NCBI GenBank assembly: GCA_003220495.1
Contig: QHSP01000015.1
Coordinates: forward strand, 196,610-260,609
Direction: 5' to 3'
Length of the DNA: 64,000 bases
From: Candidatus Rokuibacteriota bacterium
Lineage (GTDB): Bacteria > Methylomirabilota > Methylomirabilia > Rokubacteriales > CSP1-6
The notes beneath the pieces are model-generated. The model saw only the letters and a list, made by a program, of their open reading frames with translations. It did not search any database and was not told where the DNA came from. Made by a program: the position numbers and the translations under genes. Shown in pieces: positions 28,566 to 36,878 of this stretch (position 1 is the first letter of the stretch; each line of letters opens with the position of its first letter).

Positions 28566-28910
28566 ATGCGCAGAAGGCTCACGCTCCTGATCGCCGGTCT
28601 GGTCGCGGGTGTCGTCGTGGCTGCGGGAGCGGCCTTGGCCGCGGACGCGCCCCCGGAGATCGCGGTCACCATCGACAAGGATCAGTTCCAGCCGAGCGAG
28701 ATCAAGGTGAAGGCGAACACCCCGTTCGTGCTCGTCGTCACCAACAAGAACGCCAAGGCGGCGGAGTTCGAGAGCAAGGATCTCCGTGTCGAGAAGGTCG
28801 TGCCGGCCGGCAAGACCGTCAACGTGCGCATCCGCGCGCTGAAGCCCGGCACCTACCCCTTCTTCGACGACTTCAACAAGGCGGCGGCCGGCCGCATCGT
28901 CGCCGAGTAG
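28566..28910 (+). CDS. Secreted cupredoxin-like protein (FtrB/EfeO-cupredoxin-like partner of the FTR1 permease)
   Basis: Signal peptide MRRRLTLLIAGLVAGVVVAAGAALA. Roughly 90-aa beta-sandwich domain. GGAGGG ribosome-binding site. Confidence 0.6.
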   Translation: MRRRLTLLIAGLVAGVVVAAGAALAADAPPEIAVTIDKDQFQPSEIKVKANTPFVLVVTNKNAKAAEFESKDLRVEKVVPAGKTVNVRIRALKPGTYPFFDDFNKAAAGRIVAE

Positions 28911-28921
28911 CCCCCAGACCG

Positions 28922-29776
28922 ATGGGCGGTACCTTCGTCATCACGCTTCGCGAGGGCTTCGAAGCCGCTCTCGTCCTCGGTATCGTCTACACGTATCTCC
29001 AGAAGATCGGCGCCGAGCGGCAGTACCGCTACGCGACCCGCGGCGGGCTTCTCGGCGTGCTCGCCAGCATCGCGCTCGGCGTGGTCGTCACCGCGCTGTC
29101 CGGCCCGCTCCTGGATCTGGGTCCCGACGTGATCTGGCTCGGCGTGATCTTCGTCGCGGTGGTCGTCCTCACGTGGCACGGGTACTGGATGCGGCAGCAC
29201 GCCCGCGCGATGAGCGGCGACGTCCAGCGGCAGATCGACGCGGCGCAAGCCACCCACCGAATGTGGATCATCGGCGTGATCGCCTTCACCGGCGTGTTTC
29301 GCGAGGGGGCCGAGACGGTGCTGTTCCTGTGGGGTCTCCTGACCCAGGCGACCTCCACGTCGGGGTGGGCGAGCGCGCTCGGAGCCGTCCTCGGGCTCCT
29401 CACGGCGGCCTCGTTCGGCTGGGCGATCTTCCGCGGCGGCCGACACGTGAGCCTACAGCGGTTCTTCGGCGTGACGTCGGTCTTCCTGCTGCTGCTGGCG
29501 GCCGGCATGTTCAGCACCGGCATCGGCCGCCTCGAGGTCATGGGATTCCTTCCGGCGACACCGACCGCATGGGACACGACGTTCGTGCTCGACGATCACG
29601 GCGTCATCGGCGGATTCCTGAATGGGCTGATCGGCTACCGCTCGCGACCCTCGACGCTCGAGGCGGGGAGCTACCTCCTTTATCTGCTCGTTGCGGGCAC
29701 CCTCGTGTTTCGCTCGGACGTCTCAAGCCCTCGGTCGCGCGCGCCGAAGGGGCGCATCCCGACTCACGTCGCCTGA
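28922..29776 (+). CDS. FTR1/EfeU-family high-affinity iron permease
   Basis: Two REGxE motifs (REGFEAAL, REGAETVL) in TM1/TM4 and 7 TM segments. Follows the cupredoxin gene with a 12-bp gap. Confidence 0.85.
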   Translation: MGGTFVITLREGFEAALVLGIVYTYLQKIGAERQYRYATRGGLLGVLASIALGVVVTALSGPLLDLGPDVIWLGVIFVAVVVLTWHGYWMRQHARAMSGDVQRQIDAAQATHRMWIIGVIAFTGVFREGAETVLFLWGLLTQATSTSGWASALGAVLGLLTAASFGWAIFRGGRHVSLQRFFGVTSVFLLLLAAGMFSTGIGRLEVMGFLPATPTAWDTTFVLDDHGVIGGFLNGLIGYRSRPSTLEAGSYLLYLLVAGTLVFRSDVSSPRSRAPKGRIPTHVA

Positions 29777-29809
29777 CGAAGCCCGGGCGCACTCGCCGCG
29801 GCCGCGGCA

Positions 29810-29837
29810 TTGACTTCCCCCGACCACGCGCTACCAT
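29810..29837 (+). promoter_or_regulatory. Sigma-70-like promoter TTGACT-N16-TACCAT
   Basis: Lies 43 bp upstream of ATG 29880. Nearly identical promoter architecture (CCACGCG-N-TACCATCC) to that upstream of the paralogous SBP gene at 35238. Confidence 0.45.
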
Positions 29838-29879
29838 CCTGCGGGGAATCCTGACCTGAAGCCTCAGCGAGGAGGCACC

Positions 29880-31505
29880 ATGGTGGGCCGGTCGATCGAT
29901 CGTCGCGCATTTCTCACGGGCGCTTCAGCGGCGGCCGCAGCCGTCGCCGGCGCGCCCCTCATCAAGCCCGCGCGCGCCAGCGCCGCCGGCGAACGCCTCG
30001 TCGTCGCCGTCGGGCAATGGGGCATCGAGACGCCGTTCGCGTGGCGGTCGAGCCAGTCCGAGAAGACTCTGTGGGACTGCGCGTACGACCCCTTGATCAT
30101 GCGCGATCCCAAGACATTCGAGTATCGTCCGGGGCTCGCCACGGAGTGGAAGCCTTCGAACGAGCTCAGGACGTGGACCTTCAAGCTGCGCTCCGGCGTG
30201 CCATTCCACGAAGGCTACGGCGAGATGACCGCCGAGGACGTGAAGTTCACGGTCGAGCAGAACCTCAAGCCCGATTCCCAGGGCGGGTCCGCGCCGTTCT
30301 TCCGCATGCACCTCGACCGCATCGAGACGCCCGACAAGCACACGGTCGTCATGCACTTCAAGAACCGGGTCTGGGAAGTGCCGTCGAACTTCACCCAGTT
30401 CGTCGGCTACCAGAACATCACGTCGAAGAAGTACATCGAGACGGTCGGCGAGGACAAGGCGGCGCTCCACCCGATCGGCACCGGGCCCTTCCGACACGTC
30501 GAGGGCAAGCAAGGCGACTATCACCGCTTCGAGGCCGTCGCCAACCACTGGCGCAAGACGCCCGCCTTCAAGGAGCTCGTCATCCGGCGCATCCCGGATC
30601 CCGCGACGCGGCTCGCCGGGCTTCGCGCCGGGGAGATCGACATCGGCAACGTGTTCGGCGACTACCTCGACCAGGCCAAGAAGTCCGGGCTCCGAATTCA
30701 CGAGACGCCCAACGCCGCGTGCCACTGGATGGTCCTGCAGGGCCAGACGACGCCGGACCGCGAGGACTATTGCCCGACCTGCCCCTGGGCCGGCGAGCCC
30801 AAAGATATGAAGAGCCAGGAGAACGCGCGCAAGGTCCGGCTCGCGCTCAACCTCGCCGTCAACAAGAAGACGATCGTCAACGCGCTCTGGAAGGGCCTGG
30901 GCTCCGAGGCGCCCTTCGCGTACTGGTACTATCCGTTCCACAAGGGCTTCAGCCGCGACTGGAAGGTCCCACCGTACGATCCCGAGCGCGCGAAGAAGCT
31001 CCTGGCCGAAGCCGGCCACGCCGGCGGCTTCGAAGTCCGGGTGAATCCCCTGGTCATGACCTACGCGCTCGACGGCCCCGACATGGTCGAGGCGGTCGCG
31101 CTCGACTGGGAGAAGATCGGCATCAAGGTCCGGCGCGTTCCCGAGGCCTTCAGCAACTTTCTTCCCAAGAACCGCGCCCGGAAGACGAACAAGACCCACT
31201 GGGTGTACGGCTCTCCGCCCTTCGACGAGCCCGTCCTGGCCTGGCAGCGCTGCATCTACTCCAAGGGCCCCTTCAATCTGCTGGCCGACGGACCATACGA
31301 CGAGGACGTCGACACGATCTCACGCGAGCTCGACGGCGAGAAGCGCGCCCGCATGACCCAGGCGCTGGGTCAGAAGCTTTACTCCGAGTATCACGGCGTG
31401 ATGCTCGGCGTCAGGTCACTCACGTGGGCGGTGAGCAAGAAGGTCAACAGCTGGCAGACCCTGGTCTACGTGCCGCTCGAGAACAACTACGAATACGTGA
31501 GCTGA
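29880..31505 (+). CDS. ABC transporter substrate-binding protein, family 5, Tat signal
   Basis: DRRAFLTGASAAAAAVAGAPL signal. 541 aa. About 80 % identical to the paralog at 35238. Confidence 0.85.
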   Translation: MVGRSIDRRAFLTGASAAAAAVAGAPLIKPARASAAGERLVVAVGQWGIETPFAWRSSQSEKTLWDCAYDPLIMRDPKTFEYRPGLATEWKPSNELRTWTFKLRSGVPFHEGYGEMTAEDVKFTVEQNLKPDSQGGSAPFFRMHLDRIETPDKHTVVMHFKNRVWEVPSNFTQFVGYQNITSKKYIETVGEDKAALHPIGTGPFRHVEGKQGDYHRFEAVANHWRKTPAFKELVIRRIPDPATRLAGLRAGEIDIGNVFGDYLDQAKKSGLRIHETPNAACHWMVLQGQTTPDREDYCPTCPWAGEPKDMKSQENARKVRLALNLAVNKKTIVNALWKGLGSEAPFAYWYYPFHKGFSRDWKVPPYDPERAKKLLAEAGHAGGFEVRVNPLVMTYALDGPDMVEAVALDWEKIGIKVRRVPEAFSNFLPKNRARKTNKTHWVYGSPPFDEPVLAWQRCIYSKGPFNLLADGPYDEDVDTISRELDGEKRARMTQALGQKLYSEYHGVMLGVRSLTWAVSKKVNSWQTLVYVPLENNYEYVS

Positions 31506-31523
31506 TCGAATAGGGGAGGGCCT

Positions 31524-33113
31524 ATGAGCCTCCATGTCCACGCACGCCTCTGCCGGCGGGGCCCCAGCCCCGCGACGGCCTGCAGCGCACACGGCCACCG
31601 GATCGCCTCGCTCCTGACGGCCGCCCTGCTGGTGCTCGCCGCGAGCGCGGCGGGCGCCGGCCAGCCCGGTGAAGCGGTGATGGCGTGGCACGTCACGCTC
31701 GCGCCGACGTGGTTCGATCCGTCCACGGCGCCGCCGCAGATCACACCGTTCGGCATGCTCTACGCCATCCACGACGCGATGGTCCGCCCGCTTCCCGGGA
31801 GCAAGATGGGCGCGAGCCTGGCGGAGTCGTGGCGGGAGAGTGGTGACGGCCTCACGTACGAGTTCAAGCTGCGGCCCGGTCTCAAGTTCCACAACGGCGA
31901 CCCGGTCACCACCGAGGACGTGAAGTTCAGCTACGAGCGTTACCGGGGCGCGGGCGCGAAAGAGCTCCAGACGCGCATTCGCCAGGTCGACATCGTCGAT
32001 CCGCTCACGATCCGCTTTCAGCTCAAGGAGCCGTGGCCCGACTTCATGACTTTCTACGGTACGACCGCCACCGCGGCGGGGATCGTCGTGCCCAAGAAGT
32101 ACCTCACGCAGGTCGGCGAGGAGGCGTTCCGCAAGCAGCCGATCGGCGCCGGCCCATACAAGCTGGTGAGCCACACGCCCGGCGTCGAGGTCGTGCTCGA
32201 GGCCTTCCCGGGCTACTGGCGCCACGCCCCGTACGTCAAGCGCCTGATCATGAAGAGCGTCACCGACGGGACCACGCGCGCGGCGATGCTGAGGACGGGC
32301 GAAGCGGACATCGCGTATGCGCTCGACGGCCCGGATGCCGACAACGTGAAGCGCGACCCGCGCGTGCAGATCGTGGCCTCGCGCCACGCCTCGATCAACT
32401 GGCTCGAGTTCGCCGATCAGTGGGATCCGAAGTCGCCCTGGGCCGATCGGCGCCTGCGGCTGGCGGTCAACCACGCGATCAACCGCAAGGCGATCAACGA
32501 GGCCGCCTGTCTGGGCTTCTGCCCGCCCGCGGGCGTCATCGTGCCCCGCGTGATGGACTTCGCGCTCCAGGTCGAGCCGCCGGCCTACGACCCGCAGCGG
32601 GCGAAGCTGCTCCTCGCGGACGCCGGCTATCCGAACGGGATCGACGCCGGCGAGCTCGTCCCGATCCCGCCGTTCTTCACAATGGGCGAGGCGGTCGTGA
32701 ACTACCTCAACGCCGTCGGGATCCGCGTGACCATGCGCCAGATGGAGCGCGCGACCTTCTATACGGCGTGGCGCGAGAAGAAGCTCCGTCCGCTGTTCAT
32801 CACGGGTGTCGGCAACTCGGGCAACGCCGCGAGCCGCGTACAGGAATTCATCTTCTCCAAGGGAACCTACGCCTACGGGGGCTACCCGGACATCGACGAT
32901 CTCTTCGAGCAGCAGGCGCGCGAGCGCGACACGCGCAAGCGCGAAGCGCTCCTGCACCGGATCCAGCAGCTCACGATCGACCGGGTGATGTTCGCCCCGA
33001 TCATGGATTTCCGCGCGTTGATGGGGATCGGGCCGCGCGTGACCGAGCACACGATCACCTCGATCCACAACTCGCCGTTCCCGTCCTACGAGGACATGCG
33101 GATCAAGGACTAG
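31524..33113 (+). CDS. ABC transporter substrate-binding protein, family 5 (signal peptide; N-terminus overlaps a REP element)
   Basis: Strong GGGAGG ribosome-binding site before ATG 31524. A hydrophobic h-region (IASLLTAALLVLAASAAGAG) is required for export, so the start must lie before or within the REP copy. Confidence 0.8.
   Translation: MSLHVHARLCRRGPSPATACSAHGHRIASLLTAALLVLAASAAGAGQPGEAVMAWHVTLAPTWFDPSTAPPQITPFGMLYAIHDAMVRPLPGSKMGASLAESWRESGDGLTYEFKLRPGLKFHNGDPVTTEDVKFSYERYRGAGAKELQTRIRQVDIVDPLTIRFQLKEPWPDFMTFYGTTATAAGIVVPKKYLTQVGEEAFRKQPIGAGPYKLVSHTPGVEVVLEAFPGYWRHAPYVKRLIMKSVTDGTTRAAMLRTGEADIAYALDGPDADNVKRDPRVQIVASRHASINWLEFADQWDPKSPWADRRLRLAVNHAINRKAINEAACLGFCPPAGVIVPRVMDFALQVEPPAYDPQRAKLLLADAGYPNGIDAGELVPIPPFFTMGEAVVNYLNAVGIRVTMRQMERATFYTAWREKKLRPLFITGVGNSGNAASRVQEFIFSKGTYAYGGYPDIDDLFEQQARERDTRKREALLHRIQQLTIDRVMFAPIMDFRALMGIGPRVTEHTITSIHNSPFPSYEDMRIKD
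31541..31591. repeat. REP-like element copy E (reverse orientation), embedded in the 5' coding region/signal-peptide n-region of the SBP gene
   Basis: CGCACGCCTCTGCCGGCGGGGCCCCAGCCCCGCGACGGCCTGCAGCGCACA. It translates in-frame as CRRGPSPATACSAH. Confidence 0.65.
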
Positions 33114-35116
33114 CGGGCGATCAGGGGGGCCGGCCTCAGATCGTAGAGCCGCATCCCGCTCCGCCGGCCGCCAAGCGCGCTCGAGCGCCACAGCGCCGGG
33201 TCCACCAGCTGGCCACGTTCCTGGACCCAGTCGGTGATGGGCTTTGCCGCCACGTCGGCCCCGAGCCGCCGGCTGATGAACGGTCCGTCGCCGACCATCA
33301 CGAATCGGATCTGCCCCGCGTCGACCATCCCGGCGAGCTTCTCTGGCGTCAGGATCGGATCCAGCCCGTGGAAGCCGCCCATCGCCATCACGGAGCGCCC
33401 GGACCCGATGATGATCGGCGCCGCGAGCCGCGTCGTCGTGGTGGCGAGCAGATAGCGTTCGCCCGTGTGGTTGGCTTCGAGAAACGCGACGAGGCCTGAC
33501 GGATCGTACGGCTCGATCGTCCGGCTTCGGGCGGGCGCGTCGCCGGCGACGGGGACGAGTCGAGCGAGATCGGCGGAGGGGATCGCCCCGGGACCCGCCA
33601 CCAGCACGCTGCTCAGCGCCCAGGCGGCCGGAGCCAGGAGCAGCGCGACCAGCCCGATCGCGACGGCGCTCGCGGCGAGGGCCCGAGCCCGCGGACTCGG
33701 CGGCTCTGAAGCGCTCGGCCGCAAGACCAGCATCACGAGCAGAACGCCCGCGGACAGGAGCGTACCGCCGATGAGCACGAGGTGGATCGGGTGATGGCCG
33801 CCGAGCCTCCATCCCAGCGCGCTCGCGTCGATGTAGAGCTGCCACGCCGCAGTCAGCAGGAGCGACGCGGGCAGGAGCACGGCCCGCCCGGCGCCTTGGA
33901 GAAACGATTCGCACAGCGTCGCGACGCCGATGCCGGCAAGCGCGGCGAGTGGCGGCGCCATCGTCGCAAGGTAGTAGAAGTGAAAGAAGCCACCGGCGTA
34001 GCTGTAGACCCCGGCATAGGTGAGGAGCCAGCCGAGCCACAAGATCACGGCCAGACGCGTCGGAGAGAGCGGCCCGTGGATACGATCCCGCGACGCGCCG
34101 AGCACGAGCCCGGCGACAGCGAGCGGCAAGAGCCAGCCCACCTGACCGGCGAGCTGGCCGTCGGCCAGCCGCAGCGCACCGGCCGGCGCCTGGACGAAGA
34201 GCCGGGAGAAGCCGCGGCGAGGTCCCGACTCGGGCGCGCGGTCGGTGCCGCCGGCGGCCCGCGCCGCGGCACGCGAGGGATCGGCCGCCGGCGCGATCGA
34301 GGCGCTCCGGAACTCGGCGGACCGAATGAATCGCCCGACGCCGTAAGGCCCGACTGCGAGCTCCAGCATCGAGTTCTGGTTGGTCGTGCCGGCGTACGGC
34401 CGCCGGTCCGGCGGCGTGAGGTCGAAGACAAGCACCCAGCTCAGCGAGACGGCGGTCAGAACGACCCCGGCGACGGCGAGGTCGACGACGCGCCGGCGCC
34501 ACGCGAGCGGCGCGCCGACGAGGTAGACCAGCACGAAGGTCGGGAGCACGACGCACGCGGCCAGCATCTTCACGTTGAACCCGAGACCGACCAGAGCCAT
34601 GGCCAGCGCGAGAAGGGGCCAGCGGCCCTGCTCGACGGCGAGCGTCAGCGCCCAGGCCGCCAGCAGCAGAACGAGCACCAGGCAGCTATCGGTGTTGCTC
34701 GAGCGGTCGATCGCGACGCTGACGGGCGTGAGGGCCAGAAAGAGAGCCGCCAGCAAGCCGGCGGCGGCGCCGAATCGACGCTGGACCAGGTGATAGAGGA
34801 GCGTCACCGCGGCGACACCTTCCAGCGCCTGCGGGATCAGCACGCTCAAGGCGTGAAAGCCGAAGAGCTTGACGCTCGCGACCTGGATCCACAGCGCCAC
34901 CGGCGGCTTGTCCACCGAGATGAAGCCGGCCGGGTCGAACGAGCCGTAGAGGAAGTTGTGCCAGCTGAGGCTCATGCTGCGCACGCCCGCGGTGTAGTAC
35001 TCGTTGCCGAAGCCGTTCTGGTCCAGGCGCCAGAGCCTGAGCGCCGCGGCCAGGCAGAGCACCGCTCCGAGCCCGAACCTCAGGGGCAGTCGCCTGGTCG
35101 CGTTCGTCGTGTCCAT
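33110..35116 (-). CDS. Glycosyltransferase family 39/83-like membrane protein (PMT/ArnT-type)
   Basis: About 668 aa with multiple N-terminal TM helices, a DExx-like first loop, and a C-terminal soluble domain. Start recomputed to MDTTNATRR. 4-bp convergent overlap with the SBP gene. Confidence 0.7.
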   Translation of the reverse strand: MDTTNATRRLPLRFGLGAVLCLAAALRLWRLDQNGFGNEYYTAGVRSMSLSWHNFLYGSFDPAGFISVDKPPVALWIQVASVKLFGFHALSVLIPQALEGVAAVTLLYHLVQRRFGAAAGLLAALFLALTPVSVAIDRSSNTDSCLVLVLLLAAWALTLAVEQGRWPLLALAMALVGLGFNVKMLAACVVLPTFVLVYLVGAPLAWRRRVVDLAVAGVVLTAVSLSWVLVFDLTPPDRRPYAGTTNQNSMLELAVGPYGVGRFIRSAEFRSASIAPAADPSRAAARAAGGTDRAPESGPRRGFSRLFVQAPAGALRLADGQLAGQVGWLLPLAVAGLVLGASRDRIHGPLSPTRLAVILWLGWLLTYAGVYSYAGGFFHFYYLATMAPPLAALAGIGVATLCESFLQGAGRAVLLPASLLLTAAWQLYIDASALGWRLGGHHPIHLVLIGGTLLSAGVLLVMLVLRPSASEPPSPRARALAASAVAIGLVALLLAPAAWALSSVLVAGPGAIPSADLARLVPVAGDAPARSRTIEPYDPSGLVAFLEANHTGERYLLATTTTRLAAPIIIGSGRSVMAMGGFHGLDPILTPEKLAGMVDAGQIRFVMVGDGPFISRRLGADVAAKPITDWVQERGQLVDPALWRSSALGGRRSGMRLYDLRPAPLIAR

Positions 35117-35180
35117 CGGCGGCAGAATACTCTGACGTAATGCCCGGCGGGGTCGTTGACACGAGAAGAGCTCGCGCCCA

Positions 35181-35208
35181 TTGACACCCGGGAGCCACGC
35201 GATACCAT
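35181..35208 (+). promoter_or_regulatory. Sigma-70-like promoter TTGACA-N16-TACCAT
   Basis: 30 bp upstream of ATG 35238. Conserved with the promoter at 29810. Confidence 0.45.
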
Positions 35209-35237
35209 CCCGCCACACTCACTTTCCGGAGGTCACC

Positions 35238-36872
35238 ATGGCCGGATCTCTCAATCGTCGAGCCTTCTTGACGCGCGCCGGAACGGCAGCCGCCGCGGTC
35301 ATGAGCGGACCGTTCGTCCGTACATCGCGCGTCACCGCGGCATCCGGCGACCGCCTGGTGGTGGCGCTCGGTCAGTGGGGCACGGAGACACCGTTCGCCT
35401 GGCGATCGACCCAGGGTGAAAAACCGTTGTGGGACTGCGTCTACGATCCGCTCATCATGCGCGATCCGAAGACCTTCGAGTACCGTCCCGGGTTGGCCAC
35501 GGAGTGGAAGCCGTCGAACGAGATGCGAACGTGGACGTTCAAGCTGCGGTCGGGGATCAAGTTCCACGAGGGCTGGGGCGACCTGACCGCGCAGGACGTC
35601 AAGTTCACGGTCGAGCAGAACCTCAAGCCCGACTCGGGCGGTGGCTCGGCGCCGTTCTTCCGCTTGAACCTCGATCGGATCGAAACGCCGGACAAGCTCA
35701 CGGTGGTCATGCATTTCAAGAACCGGGTCTGGGAGGTCGCCTCCAACTTCACTCAGTTCGTCGGCTACCAGAACGTCGTCCCGAAGAAATATCTTGAGAC
35801 GGTCGGCGAGGAGAAGGCGGCCCTGCACCCGATCGGCACCGGCCCGTACCGGCACGTCGAGGGGCGCCAGGGCGACTACCATCGCTTCGAGGCCGTCAGC
35901 AATCACTGGCGAAAGCCGCCAGGCTTCAAGGAGCTGATCATTCGTCGGGTTGCCGACCCGGCGACACGCGTGTCGGGGCTCCGAGCCGGCGAAATCGACA
36001 TCGGCGTGGTCTTCGGCGACTATCTCGACCAGGCGGTGAAGTCGGGGCTCCGCCTGCACGACGCGACCAACTCCGCCTGCTACTGGGTCATCCTGAGCGG
36101 CCAGACGACACCGGACCGCGAGGACTACTGCCCGACGTGTCCGTGGGCGGGTGATCCCAACGACCCGAAGAGTCGAGAGAATGCGAAGAAGGTGCGGCTG
36201 GCGCTGAACCTCGCCGTCAACAAGAAGGCGATCATCAGCGGGCTCTGGAAAGGGAAGGGCTCCGAGACGCCGTTCTCGTACTATTACTACCCCTTCCACA
36301 AGGGCTATAGCTCCGACTGGAAAATTCCCCCCTACGATCCCGAGCGCGCGAAGAAGCTCCTCGCCGAAGCGGGGCACGCTGGCGGGTTCGAGGTGCGCGT
36401 GAACCCCACGGTCATGGTCTACGCGCTCGACGGCCCGGACGTGATGGAAGCCGTCGCGCTCGACTGGGAGAAGGTCGGAATCAGGCCCAAGCGCTTCCCG
36501 GAGATGATCAGCACCTTCGGCCCCAAGAGCCGCAACCGGAAGACGAACAAGACGCACTGGGTCTACGGCTCGCCGCCGTTCGACGAGCCGATCCTGGCCT
36601 GGAGCCGCGTCCTGCACTCGAAGGGCACCTTCAACCTGCTGTGCGACGGTCAATACGACGAGGACATCGAGACGGCGATGCGGGAGTTCGACGCCGACAA
36701 GCGCGCCCGACTGACGCAGGCGCTGGGGCAGAAGCTCTACGACGCGCATCACGGAGTCATGCTGGGCATGAAGTCGATCACGTGGGCGCTGAGCCGGCAG
36801 GTCGGAAGCTGGCAGTCGCTCGCCTACGTGCCCCTCGAGAACAACTACGAGTACATCGCCCCGGCGAGCTAG
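35238..36872 (+). CDS. ABC transporter substrate-binding protein, family 5, Tat signal (paralog of 29880)
   Basis: NRRAFLTRAGTAAAAVMSG signal. GGAGG ribosome-binding site. 544 aa. Confidence 0.85.
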   Translation: MAGSLNRRAFLTRAGTAAAAVMSGPFVRTSRVTAASGDRLVVALGQWGTETPFAWRSTQGEKPLWDCVYDPLIMRDPKTFEYRPGLATEWKPSNEMRTWTFKLRSGIKFHEGWGDLTAQDVKFTVEQNLKPDSGGGSAPFFRLNLDRIETPDKLTVVMHFKNRVWEVASNFTQFVGYQNVVPKKYLETVGEEKAALHPIGTGPYRHVEGRQGDYHRFEAVSNHWRKPPGFKELIIRRVADPATRVSGLRAGEIDIGVVFGDYLDQAVKSGLRLHDATNSACYWVILSGQTTPDREDYCPTCPWAGDPNDPKSRENAKKVRLALNLAVNKKAIISGLWKGKGSETPFSYYYYPFHKGYSSDWKIPPYDPERAKKLLAEAGHAGGFEVRVNPTVMVYALDGPDVMEAVALDWEKVGIRPKRFPEMISTFGPKSRNRKTNKTHWVYGSPPFDEPILAWSRVLHSKGTFNLLCDGQYDEDIETAMREFDADKRARLTQALGQKLYDAHHGVMLGMKSITWALSRQVGSWQSLAYVPLENNYEYIAPAS

Positions 36873-36878
36873 ACGGCC

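Noticed and set aside
31700-31730. GGTTCGATCC T-loop-like sequence
   Set aside because: It lies in-frame inside the SBP coding sequence (…PTWFDPSTAPP…) with no acceptor-stem or anticodon-arm pairing. It is not a tRNA, and no tRNA-like structure was found in any intergenic region.
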